Shown here: in pieces, positions 20,249 through 28,975 of the stretch | Position numbering within the stretch: the stretch's first letter is position 1 | Layout: the number at the start of each line of letters is the position of its first letter | NCBI GenBank assembly: GCA_963719495.1 | Contig: CAVRCI010000002.1 | Coordinates: 352,001 to 416,000, forward strand | Direction of reading: 5' to 3' | Origin: an uncultured Verrucomicrobiae bacterium | GTDB lineage: Bacteria > Verrucomicrobiota > Verrucomicrobiia > Chthoniobacterales > JAATET01 | DNA: 64,000 bases | The notes under the pieces: model-generated | Database searches by the model: none | Seen by the model: only the letters and a program-made list of their open reading frames with translations | Told to the model about the DNA's origin: nothing | Made by a program: the position numbers and the translations under genes

Positions 20249-20884
20249 ATGCGCCCCATCACCAAGCTTTTACTCCTGTTCGTCGTCGCGTTCTTCGTCT
20301 TCCTCCTTTGGCCGAGGAGTCCGTCGCTCCGGGAATTCGACCCGGCTTCGCTGGCGGCCAGGCAGGTCGAAGCGTGGCAGAAGGAGCGGGCGGGGGGATT
20401 CGGCGCGTTGGTTTCAGTCTTCAAGATCTACGCATTCGAATACGGGATGTCGCCGCTGGCGAGCTATCAGATCGCCAGCAACGAGGTCGGGGCGGTGGCG
20501 ACATTGCGCAAGTGGGTGGGCGATCCCGGCGGTGGGCTGGGGACGCGGGCCCTGCTGCCGTTGCAGGAGAAATACGTCTTGATCAAGCGTCAGACAAATT
20601 CAGAAATCGACACCGACGCGTGCGCCCGGGCTGAGATCGCGTGGCGGATGATCGAAATGGACGGAGCGAAACCGCAAGCGGTCGGGGCGTCGATGGCCGC
20701 GGAGCTCGCGGTTCTGCACGGCGGAGATCGCGCCGACTATCGCGGTGCCGCCCGGCAATTCGCCGGAGCGCGGGCCATCCTTTTCGGGGCCGAGCTGCCC
20801 GACGGATACCCGAATCGGAGGTTGGCGGCTCTGGAGATGGCGACCGACGGCTACCGCGAGTTGCAGGACGCGCTCGAACCTTAG
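20249..20884 (+). CDS. Hypothetical membrane-anchored helical protein
   Basis: N-terminal TM segment, plausible codon usage; no recognised motif; start could be 20228. Confidence 0.65.
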   Translation: MRPITKLLLLFVVAFFVFLLWPRSPSLREFDPASLAARQVEAWQKERAGGFGALVSVFKIYAFEYGMSPLASYQIASNEVGAVATLRKWVGDPGGGLGTRALLPLQEKYVLIKRQTNSEIDTDACARAEIAWRMIEMDGAKPQAVGASMAAELAVLHGGDRADYRGAARQFAGARAILFGAELPDGYPNRRLAALEMATDGYRELQDALEP

Positions 20885-20926
20885 ACCTTGCCCCTTTCGA
20901 AGGGGGGCGCGGGTCCGATCCGTGAG

Positions 20927-21997
20927 TCACTCGATGCGCACGGGGGTGTCGACGTCGACCATCCCGGCCAGGCGGGCGGCGTCCCAGTTGGCGAGTCGAA
21001 TGCATCCGTGGCTGCCGCCGCGGCCAATGGTGTCGGGTGCGGCGGTGCCGTGGAGGCCGATGCCCTTCTTGTCGATTGCGATCCAGACGATGCCGACGGC
21101 GTTGTTGGGTCCGGGCGGGATGTTGTGGGCGTCGTCGCTGCGTTCACCCTCCTCGAGCATCTTCTCGTCGTGGCGGAACCAGGGGAGGAGCGTGATGCTG
21201 GTGATCTTCCAATCGCCGGTCGGGGCGGGCAGGGACTCCGATCCCGGGGTGATGGGAAAGGAGGCGACGAGTTTTTTTCCGTCGTAGAGGTCGAGCATCT
21301 TGTCGGCCGTGCTGATGAAGATGGACCGCGGAATGGCGGGGGTGGGGGATGGTGTCGGGCTGGCGTCGGCGGTCGCGGAATCGTTTTCCGGGGAGCCTTC
21401 GTCGGACTCGGATGACTCCGTTTTTTCTTTTGCCTGCTTTTGTTCTTCGGCGCGTTTCTCGATTTCGGTGATGAGAAAGGGATTCGCGACGTTGGGGACG
21501 GTGAGGGTGTCGCCGACTTGGGCGGAGTCGATCTGGCGGCCTTCGTTGAGTCGGGTGAGGTAATCGCGGTCGACGTGGTAGCGTTCTCCAATCAACTCGG
21601 TGAGGGTGGCGTAGGGCATGGCGTCCTGTTTGGCCTGCTCTTCGGGTTCGGACGGGGCGGATCCGAGCCGATCGAGGTCGGCCTGCTCGACGGTGTAAGT
21701 GGTGTAGATCGGGTCGACGGAAGCCGGGTCGACGGGGAGGTCTTTCGGGACTTCGTCGCCGAATTCCGGGACGTCCTCGCCCTGGGCGCGCAGGTAGCGG
21801 GCGAGGGATTTGCGGGTGAACTCGCCCCAGCGACCGTCGATTTTGCCGGGGGGGAAGTTGGCGTCGTCGAGGAAGATCTGGAGCCGAGTGAGGCGGTCGA
21901 ATTCCTCCTTGGTCGGAGGAGCTTCGTCGGCGGCGCGAAGGGTGAGCGGTGCGGCGAGGACGGCGGCGGCGAGAATGAAGGGTGCGATTGGGTTCAC
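20927..21997 (-). CDS. L,D-transpeptidase (YkuD family) with peptidoglycan-binding region
   Basis: Signal peptide, PGKIDGRWG, PGPNNAVG, GLHGT, SHGCIRL. Confidence 0.93.
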   Translation of the reverse strand: MNPIAPFILAAAVLAAPLTLRAADEAPPTKEEFDRLTRLQIFLDDANFPPGKIDGRWGEFTRKSLARYLRAQGEDVPEFGDEVPKDLPVDPASVDPIYTTYTVEQADLDRLGSAPSEPEEQAKQDAMPYATLTELIGERYHVDRDYLTRLNEGRQIDSAQVGDTLTVPNVANPFLITEIEKRAEEQKQAKEKTESSESDEGSPENDSATADASPTPSPTPAIPRSIFISTADKMLDLYDGKKLVASFPITPGSESLPAPTGDWKITSITLLPWFRHDEKMLEEGERSDDAHNIPPGPNNAVGIVWIAIDKKGIGLHGTAAPDTIGRGGSHGCIRLANWDAARLAGMVDVDTPVRIE

Positions 21998-22072
21998 GGT
22001 GGGTTATCGCGGCGTGCCGTCTGGTTGGTTCCTTTTGACGCCGAATTGTGCAAGTTGACGAAGTTGCGGTGT

Positions 22073-22088
22073 TTCGACGGTTGTCGAA
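22073..22088. promoter_or_regulatory. Inverted repeat TTCGAC-N4-GTCGAA, candidate ArsR operator
   Basis: Dyad in the divergent intergenic region directly upstream of the ArsR gene. Confidence 0.5.
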
Positions 22089-22118
22089 CTTCGGCTGGGG
22101 GATTATCGTAAGCGGGCG

Positions 22119-22421
22119 ATGAAGGAGTATTGCCATCCCAAATTGACTGACGTGAAAATGACGACCGTGATGCAGGCGCTGTCAGATCCGTGGCGGTTGG
22201 GGATCATCCGTTCGCTGCTCGCGGCGGAGGGGCGGGAATTTGCCTGCAATGAATTTCCGATGGACGTGTCGAAGGCGACGCGGTCGCATCACATTCAGGT
22301 GCTGCGGGAGTCGGGGCTGATTCGGACCCGGGTGGAGGGGACGAAGTGCATGACTTCGCTGCGGTATGACGAGATCGAGGGGCGGTTTCCCGGGTTGTTG
22401 CGGTTGGCGGAGTTGACTTAG
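22119..22421 (+). CDS. ArsR/SmtB family transcriptional regulator
   Basis: ALSDPWRLGI, SKATRSHHIQVLRESGLI, RFPGLL. Confidence 0.9.
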   Translation: MKEYCHPKLTDVKMTTVMQALSDPWRLGIIRSLLAAEGREFACNEFPMDVSKATRSHHIQVLRESGLIRTRVEGTKCMTSLRYDEIEGRFPGLLRLAELT

Positions 22422-22489
22422 CGGCGGGGTGAGGGGGAGTGCGGCTTCGCCGTTTTGGGGGCATCGGCTGGAAGCCGATGGCACGTAGT

Positions 22490-23557
22490 TTACGTGATCA
22501 GCATGCAGTCGCCGTAGCTGTAGAAGCGGTAGCGCTCGCGAATCGCTTCGGCGTAGGCGGTGAGGATGAGATCGCGGGTGGCGAAGGCGCTGACGAGCAT
22601 GAGGAGCGTGCTCTTGGGGAGGTGGAAGTTCGTGAGGAGGGCGTCGACGCGGGTGAGGGTTTCTGGCGGGTGGAGGAAGATGTTCGTGCGGCCGGAGTGG
22701 GGGATGATCGGGCCGGGGGGCTGGCTTTCGAGGACGCGGGTGCTGGTGGTGCCGACGGCGATGATGCGGTTGGCGGCGTTGATGACGTCGGCGGTGGCGG
22801 GCGTGATGGTGTAGCGTTCCTCATGCATCGCGTGATCGGCGAGGGCGTCGACTTTGACGGGTTGGAAGGTGCCATGGCCGACGTGGAGGGTGAGGAACGC
22901 GTGGTCGATCCGGGCAAGGATTTCGGGCGTGAAGTGGAGGCCGGCGGTGGGCGCGGCGACGGAGCCGGGGGTGTCGGCGTAGACGGTCTGGTAGCGGGTG
23001 TCGTCGTCCTGATCGGCGGCGCGGTGGAAGTAGGGCGGGATGGGGAGTTCGCCGTGGGCTTCGAAGTCGATGGCGGCGTCGAGCCGGAGGACGCGTTCTC
23101 CGCCCGGGAGGACTTCGGTGACGGTCGCGGTCGTCCCGGCGACGGCGACGTTGGTGCCGGGTTGGAGTTTTTTGCCGGGTTTGGCGAGGCAGAGCCATTC
23201 GTTGGGGGCGAGCTCTTCAAGGAAGAGGAATTCGATTCGCCCGTCTTCGGAGTGGAGGCGGGCGCGGAGGACGCGCGAGTCGTTGAGGACCGTTAGGTCT
23301 CCGGGGCGGAGGTATTCGGGGAAGTCCGTGAAGCGGCGGTGCGTGATGGTGCCGGTGGCGCGGTCGACGACGAGGAGGCGGGAGGCGGCGCGGTCGGCGA
23401 GTGGGTGGGTGGCGATGAGGGCTGCTGGGAGGTGGTAGTCGTAGTCGGCGGTCTTTTGGCCGGTCGCGGGTGATTGGTGACTGGTGAGGGGTGACTGGTG
23501 GGGATGCACGCTTCGCTGGTGTGGCGGCTTTGCCGCTTTGGGCTTGGACTTCGGCAC
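22490..23557 (-). CDS. queA: SAM:tRNA ribosyltransferase-isomerase (start uncertain: GTG 23557 or 23509)
   Basis: DYDYHLP, YQTVYA, GSVAAPTAGLHF, LHVGHGTF, VGTTSTR, TNFHLPKSTL, YRFYSYGD. Confidence 0.96.
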   Translation of the reverse strand: MPKSKPKAAKPPHQRSVHPHQSPLTSHQSPATGQKTADYDYHLPAALIATHPLADRAASRLLVVDRATGTITHRRFTDFPEYLRPGDLTVLNDSRVLRARLHSEDGRIEFLFLEELAPNEWLCLAKPGKKLQPGTNVAVAGTTATVTEVLPGGERVLRLDAAIDFEAHGELPIPPYFHRAADQDDDTRYQTVYADTPGSVAAPTAGLHFTPEILARIDHAFLTLHVGHGTFQPVKVDALADHAMHEERYTITPATADVINAANRIIAVGTTSTRVLESQPPGPIIPHSGRTNIFLHPPETLTRVDALLTNFHLPKSTLLMLVSAFATRDLILTAYAEAIRERYRFYSYGDCMLIT

Positions 23558-23579
23558 CTGGAAGGTGCCGCTCCTTGAA

Positions 23580-26078
23580 TTACTTGAAGACTCGTTTGAG
23601 TTTGACGCGGTGGGCGCTGGCTTCGAAGAGCTCGGCGACCCGGCGTTTCAGTCTTCTCAGATTATTGAAGAGGAAGAGGACGAAGAGGAGGTAGGGGATC
23701 TGGAGCCAGAGGTCGGGCTCGGTCATGCCGAGCTGGCGGATGGTGATCGTGCTGAGGAGGATCAGGTTCACGAGGAACGTGGTCGCGACCATGTGGGTGG
23801 TGAGGCGGACTCGGGTGAGGGCTTTGGGGCCGCCGTGGTATTCGGTGACCGTTGCGGCGCGAATGCCCCACCAAAAGCTGCCGTAGATCTGGACGTCCCA
23901 ATTTTTCCAACCGGTGTCGATGGAGTAGCTCCAGCCCTCGTTTTCCAGGGCGTCGATGGCTTTGGGCAGCAGGGCTTCGCGACCGATGCCTTCCTCGCTC
24001 CAAAAGCGGAGATTTGTGATGCTGCCTTTGCCGGAAAATTTGTAGTTGTCCTCGTGCGTCGCGATGACGGACGGCGGGGTGCGCTTGTGTTTGAGCCAGG
24101 TGACGTAGCGGGCCCAGCCGCGGGCGAGGGGTTGGGTGAAGGCGAGGAAGGTGACGAGGAGGCGCGCGAGGATGGTGTCGTATTTTGGCTCGAGCTTCGC
24201 GTGGATCATGTAGCTGAGCGCGACGAGGAAGGTGCCGCCGATCATGAGATACGGGACGATGCGGAGGTCGGGGATGAGGATCGAGACGACGAAGATGAAC
24301 GCCGCGAGGACGACCCATTCGATGCTGCTGAGGTAGGCGGCGATCTCCGATTGTGGGGTGGGGTAGATGCTTTGGAAGAGGCCTTCGCCGAAGACGCCGT
24401 GGTAGATCATCGGTTTGTTGATGAGCCAGGTGAAGCGGGGAGCGCCGTAGATCTGGCCGCGCCATTTGGCGGTCCCGGTGGGGCCGAAGAAGACGAGGTG
24501 CTTGAAGCGGAGCATGGACTCGGCTTCGCCGTAGCCTTCCTGTTGCTTGCGGAAGGCGGTGAGGGTGAAGCGGCGGTAGTGCCAGACGATGGCGGCGGGG
24601 GAGAAGGCGATGTTGCCGTCGAGCTGCTGGAGCCGCCAGCAGAAGTCGACGTCGTCGCCGGCCTTGCGGTATTCGGGATCGAAGCCGCCGACGAGGTCGA
24701 ACGCCCACTTGTGGAACGCCATGTTGCAGCCGGGGATGTGCTCGGCGATGACGTCGGTGAGGAGGACGTGGCTCGGGCCGCCGGGGGCGGCGGCGACGCA
24801 GGCCTGGATCCAATCCTCGGCGGGCGGCGAGATGTTGGGGCCGCCCACTCCAGCGTAGTCGCCGCTGGTGAGGGTCTGGACGAGGTAGTAGAGCCAATCG
24901 GGATCGGCCATGCAGTCGGAGTCGGTGTAGGCGATGATCTCGCCGGTGGCGGCGTGAGCGCCGACGTTGCGGGCGACGGAGAGGCCGCAGTTTTCCTGGC
25001 GGAGGCTGACGATCCACGGGTGCTTGGCGGCGATCTCGGGGGTGTTGTCCTTCGAGCCGTCGTCGACGAGGACGACTTCGTAATTCGGATAATCGACGAG
25101 GTGGAGCGACTCGAGGCAGCGGTCGAGGGTCTTAGCTCCGTTGTAGGAGCAGACGATGACGGAGACCTTCGGGTAGCGCTCGAGCTGGACCTTTTGGGTC
25201 ATCGGTTGGTCGCCGGCGAAGAGCTTGGCGACGGCGGCGAGGGCTAATTTCGGGGTGCGGTCGCGGCGAACGAGGCCGAAGTTCCAGTCGAGGATTTCCA
25301 TCCCGCCGCGGAACCATTCGTCGGTCCAGGCGTAGAGGACGGTGCCGGCGAGGCCGCCGCGGACGACGCTTTCGACGTGCCAGGTGAGCATTTCCGCCTG
25401 CTCCTCTTCGCTGTGCCGGATCGTGTCCATGCCGAACTCGCCCATGACGAGCGGTCGGTCTTCGGCGAGGTTTTGGAGGCGGGCGAGGTAGCGGTCGAAG
25501 TCGTCCTGGCGGTGGAGGTAGACGTTGAAGGTGTAGAAATCGACGTTCTGCGGGAGGAGGTATTCGGTGGGTGGGTAGGAGGCGTAGGAGTAGAGGGCGC
25601 GGGGGTCGGCCTGGCGGGCGACGTTGATGAGGAGTTCGACGAACTCGGTGACTTCGCGAGCGCCCTGCCAGCGGACGATGGAGGACGGGATTTCGTTGCC
25701 GACGAGGTAGCCGAAGATGGCGGGGTGGCCGGCGTTGCGTTTCACGCCTTCCTTGACGGAGCGGAGGATTTCCCGGCGGACCTTGGCGTCGCGGAGGAAT
25801 TCGATGTGCTCGGCCCAGGGTAGGCTGATGAGAACTCGGATGCCGTGGGCGGCGCAGGCGTCGAGGAACCAGGTGGGCGGGACGTAGTAGACGCGGGCGA
25901 GGTTGATGCCGGTCCCGGCCATGAGCGCGAGGTCGCGGGCGGCTTTCTCGGGGTCGCCGAAGTATTCGTCGTTTTCGTCGGGGGCGAAGGGGCCGTAGGT
26001 GACGCCTTTGATGAAAAATTTGCGGTCGCCTTCGAAAAAGAATTTCGCTCGGACGCGGATCGGCTCCAGTGGTTGCAC
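23580..26078 (-). CDS. Glycoside hydrolase (clan A / GH2-like TIM barrel) fused to GT2 glycosyltransferase and membrane domain; start uncertain (26078-26126)
   Basis: VGNEI and MGEFG glutamates; VSVIVCSYN, VDDGS, YTDSDC, AGDDVD; C-terminal TMs. Confidence 0.85.
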   Translation of the reverse strand: MQPLEPIRVRAKFFFEGDRKFFIKGVTYGPFAPDENDEYFGDPEKAARDLALMAGTGINLARVYYVPPTWFLDACAAHGIRVLISLPWAEHIEFLRDAKVRREILRSVKEGVKRNAGHPAIFGYLVGNEIPSSIVRWQGAREVTEFVELLINVARQADPRALYSYASYPPTEYLLPQNVDFYTFNVYLHRQDDFDRYLARLQNLAEDRPLVMGEFGMDTIRHSEEEQAEMLTWHVESVVRGGLAGTVLYAWTDEWFRGGMEILDWNFGLVRRDRTPKLALAAVAKLFAGDQPMTQKVQLERYPKVSVIVCSYNGAKTLDRCLESLHLVDYPNYEVVLVDDGSKDNTPEIAAKHPWIVSLRQENCGLSVARNVGAHAATGEIIAYTDSDCMADPDWLYYLVQTLTSGDYAGVGGPNISPPAEDWIQACVAAAPGGPSHVLLTDVIAEHIPGCNMAFHKWAFDLVGGFDPEYRKAGDDVDFCWRLQQLDGNIAFSPAAIVWHYRRFTLTAFRKQQEGYGEAESMLRFKHLVFFGPTGTAKWRGQIYGAPRFTWLINKPMIYHGVFGEGLFQSIYPTPQSEIAAYLSSIEWVVLAAFIFVVSILIPDLRIVPYLMIGGTFLVALSYMIHAKLEPKYDTILARLLVTFLAFTQPLARGWARYVTWLKHKRTPPSVIATHEDNYKFSGKGSITNLRFWSEEGIGREALLPKAIDALENEGWSYSIDTGWKNWDVQIYGSFWWGIRAATVTEYHGGPKALTRVRLTTHMVATTFLVNLILLSTITIRQLGMTEPDLWLQIPYLLFVLFLFNNLRRLKRRVAELFEASAHRVKLKRVFK

Positions 26079-26126
26079 GGGGAAGAGGGGTAATGCGTTG
26101 GCGGGGGCTTGCAAAGGCGGAATCAA

Positions 26127-26182
26127 GTGGAATCGGCTTCCAGCCGATTTTGGGTTGGTGATCGGCTGGAAGCCGATTCCAC
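26127..26182. repeat. Inverted REP doublet (related copy 51642-51697, single 22462-22485)
   Basis: GTGG-AATCGGC-TTCCA-GCCGATT ... ATCGGC-TGGAA-GCCGATT-CCAC. Confidence 0.8.
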
Positions 26183-26197
26183 GAATTAATCCGAGTT

Positions 26198-26240
26198 ATA
26201 AAAAATGCAGGCCGCCGCAACGAGTGTTACGACGGCCTGC
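26198..26240 (-). terminator. Intrinsic terminator (of lysR or of a short RNA)
   Basis: Minus strand GCAGGCCGTCGTAAC-ACTC-GTTGCGGCGGCCTGC-ATTTTTT. Confidence 0.75.
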
Positions 26241-26310
26241 TGTTCCCCCCAGAACGCTTCGAAAGTAACCCACGGTTTCTGGGGGGCAAGCACTATTTCA
26301 AATTCTTTTT

Positions 26311-26396
26311 AACCGCGGATGGACACGGATAAACACGGATAGCTTCTGAGGATTTCATGGATTTCGATCCGCGTTCATCCGCGTCCATCCGCGGTT
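26311..26396. repeat. Inverted-repeat element built from 10-mer units (AACCGCGGAT GGACACGGAT AAACACGGAT)
   Basis: 30-bp imperfect arms; half copies at ~31355-31384 and ~61384-61412. Confidence 0.85.
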
Positions 26397-27265
26397 CGCG
26401 TCATCAATTCGGCGACGAGGGGGTTGGGGTAGCGGCGTTCGGGGGTGATGGCGTAGAAACGTTCGTGGAGTTCGGTGAAGCGGTGGCGCTCGACGAGAAT
26501 TTTTTCTCTCAGCTCGTCCTGGACGACGACGGGGGGGACGAGCGCGAGGGCGTCGGATTCGCGGGCGAGGAGTCGGAGCATGGCCATGTCGTCGACTTCG
26601 GCGGCGATGACGGGGCGGATGCCGGATTGCGCGAGGAGGGCGTCGAAGCCGGCTCGGACGTTGCTTTCCAGGCTGGGCAGGATGATGGGGGTGTCGCGGA
26701 GGTCTTCGGGGAAGCGGAACTTGCGTCGGGATTTGGGTTTGCGGCCGACGAGGCTCACGGGTTGGTCGGCGACGAGGCGGCTGTGCCAGCGGGTCTGCGC
26801 GTCGCGGGCGACGGGGGAATTCGCGAGGACGATGTCGATCGTGTGGGCGCGGAGTTGCTCGAGGAGCTCGCGCAGGGTGCCGGAGCGGACGATGACCTCG
26901 GCGTCGGGTCGACCGATGACGGGGCGGAGGAATTCGAATTGAAAATTCCGTGAGAGCGTGGCGACCGAGCCGACGCGAAGGACGCGGCGGCGGGCTTGGT
27001 TGCGGTGGGCGAGCGTGTCGAGGAGCTCTTCGCCGGATTGGAAGATCGAATCGGCGTAGTCGAGCGCGACGTGGCCGGCTTCGGTGAGGACGAGTGTCTT
27101 GTGTTCGCGGTCGAAGAGGGGCTGACCGAGACTTTCCTCGAGTTTCTTGAGCTGGGTGCTGAGAGCGGACTGCGAGAGCCGCAGGGATGCCGCGGCGCGG
27201 GTGAGGTTGCCCTCGCGGGCGATGGCGCGGAAATAGCGGAGGTGGTGGTAATTCAGAAAGCTCAC
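26375..27265 (-). CDS. LysR family regulator (NhaR-like), divergent from dabBA
   Basis: LNYHHLRYF...NLTRAA...SQSALSTQLKKLEESLG; EVDDMAMLRL; GTG start at 27265. Confidence 0.93.
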   Translation of the reverse strand: MSFLNYHHLRYFRAIAREGNLTRAAASLRLSQSALSTQLKKLEESLGQPLFDREHKTLVLTEAGHVALDYADSIFQSGEELLDTLAHRNQARRRVLRVGSVATLSRNFQFEFLRPVIGRPDAEVIVRSGTLRELLEQLRAHTIDIVLANSPVARDAQTRWHSRLVADQPVSLVGRKPKSRRKFRFPEDLRDTPIILPSLESNVRAGFDALLAQSGIRPVIAAEVDDMAMLRLLARESDALALVPPVVVQDELREKILVERHRFTELHERFYAITPERRYPNPLVAELMTRTADGRG

Positions 27266-27270
27266 GTGAC

Positions 27271-27289
27271 ATCGATAAAACAGAACGAT
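27271..27289. promoter_or_regulatory. Candidate LysR binding dyad ATCG-N11-CGAT
   Basis: AT-rich dyad between divergent lysR and dabB. Confidence 0.5.
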
Positions 27290-27342
27290 AAACAATAAAA
27301 CATCTATTGGATGGATGCGGCGGCGGTCGACATTCTCCGCCC

Positions 27343-28953
27343 ATGGAGATTTCTCATGATTCGTTCGTCGCGGCGGGAGCGTGGATCGCGCTGGCGTGTC
27401 CGTTTTTACTGATCCTGTTCGGACTGATTCCGGCTGGGGTGTTGAATCGCCAGCCTCGGCGGACGGGTCAATCCGCCGAGCTGGTGGCCTGGATGATCTT
27501 CGGGATGGCGGTGATCGCGGCGGTGATCGTGGGAACGGCGGGCCGGGTGGTTCACCCGTTCATCGAGATCGGGTTCGTGGGCGGATTCGAGGTGGCGTTC
27601 GGGGTATACGTCGATTCGATTTCGGTCGTGATGCTGCTGCTCGTCAGCTTCCTGTCGGCGATCGTGCTGCGGTATTCGCGGAATTATTTGGCGGGTGATC
27701 CGCGGCAGGGGCGGTTTTTCAAATGGCTCTGCCTGACGGCGGGGTCGGTGCTCATGTTGACCATCGCGGGGAATCTCCTCGTCTTCGCGGCGGCGTGGAT
27801 CTCGACGAGCCTGTGTCTGCATCAGCTCCTGGTTTTCTACCCGGACCGCGAGGCGGCTCAGCTCTCGGCGCGGAAAAAATTCATCATCAGTCGGATGGGA
27901 GACGTCTGTCTCATCTCCGCGGTGATCCTGCTTTATCAGGTCTTCGGGAGTCTGGACTTCGACGATCTGTTCGTCGGAGCGGGGGGGGGCGAGCCGGGCG
28001 CGGCCTGGATCGGGGCGGTGTTTCTCATCGTCGGAGGGGCGATGCTGAAGTCGGCGCAATTCCCGTTTCACACCTGGTTGCCGGATACGATGGAGACTCC
28101 GACGCCGGTGTCGGCGCTGATGCACGCGGGCATCATCAACGCGGGCGGCTTCCTCATCATCCGGATGAGTCCGCTGGTGGCGGCGGTGCCGGCGGCGTTG
28201 AATACGCTGGCGATCGTCGGTGGGGTGACGGCGCTGTTCGCGTCGATCGTCATGCTGACGCAGACGAGCGTGAAACGGTCGCTGGCTTATTCGACCGTGG
28301 CGCAGATGGGGTTCATGATGTTGCAGTGTGGGTTGGGGGCTTTCGCCATCGCGCTGCTGCACATCGTGGCGCATTCGCTTTACAAGGCCCACGCCTTCCT
28401 CTCGTCGGGGAGCATCGTGCGGCTGGCGAAGTCGTCGTGGGTGCCGTCGGAGCGGATCCGACCGCACCCGGCGTTTTTGGTCGGTGCCTTGCTGATCGCG
28501 TCCTTCGGGACGTTGATGGTCGCGGTGCTCTTCGGCGTGTCGCCGGCGGAGAAGCCGGGGGTGATTGTCCTGGGAATCGTGCTGATGCTCGGGATCACGC
28601 ATCTGCTTTGGAATTCCTGGGGATGGAGTCAGGCGGTGGCCAAGCGCGGGGTGGCCCTTGCTCTCGGAGTGTGCGTGGCGTTTTTCGTCCTGCACGAGAT
28701 CGCGGTCTTCGTGGTGGGAGACGCGGTCGTCGCCGCTCCGCTGCCGGGGGTGACGGAATACGTGATCATGCTTGGTCTCATCGGGCTGTTCGTCGGGACA
28801 CTCTGGTTCCAGGCGCAGCTTCCCTACTGGTCGCATCGCCCGTTCGTGCGGCGGATTTACGTGCATTTCGCCAACAGCCTTTACCTCGAAGCCGTCGCGA
28901 ACCGGTTCGTGAAGTGGCTGTGGCCCGTCGAACCAAACGAAGCAAAAAACTAA
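27343..28953 (+). CDS. dabB: Proton-conducting membrane subunit (NuoL/ND5-like) of DAB inorganic carbon pump
   Basis: KSAQFPFHTWLPDTMETPTPVSALMHAGIIN, LAYSTVAQMGFM, AHSLYKAHAFL; adjacent to DUF2309 gene. Confidence 0.9.
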   Translation: MEISHDSFVAAGAWIALACPFLLILFGLIPAGVLNRQPRRTGQSAELVAWMIFGMAVIAAVIVGTAGRVVHPFIEIGFVGGFEVAFGVYVDSISVVMLLLVSFLSAIVLRYSRNYLAGDPRQGRFFKWLCLTAGSVLMLTIAGNLLVFAAAWISTSLCLHQLLVFYPDREAAQLSARKKFIISRMGDVCLISAVILLYQVFGSLDFDDLFVGAGGGEPGAAWIGAVFLIVGGAMLKSAQFPFHTWLPDTMETPTPVSALMHAGIINAGGFLIIRMSPLVAAVPAALNTLAIVGGVTALFASIVMLTQTSVKRSLAYSTVAQMGFMMLQCGLGAFAIALLHIVAHSLYKAHAFLSSGSIVRLAKSSWVPSERIRPHPAFLVGALLIASFGTLMVAVLFGVSPAEKPGVIVLGIVLMLGITHLLWNSWGWSQAVAKRGVALALGVCVAFFVLHEIAVFVVGDAVVAAPLPGVTEYVIMLGLIGLFVGTLWFQAQLPYWSHRPFVRRIYVHFANSLYLEAVANRFVKWLWPVEPNEAKN

Positions 28954-28975
28954 TCGCACCGACCAATTGAATTTT

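Noticed and set aside
27343..28953. nuoL of respiratory complex I
   Set aside because: No other nuo genes; pairing with DUF2309 indicates DabB.
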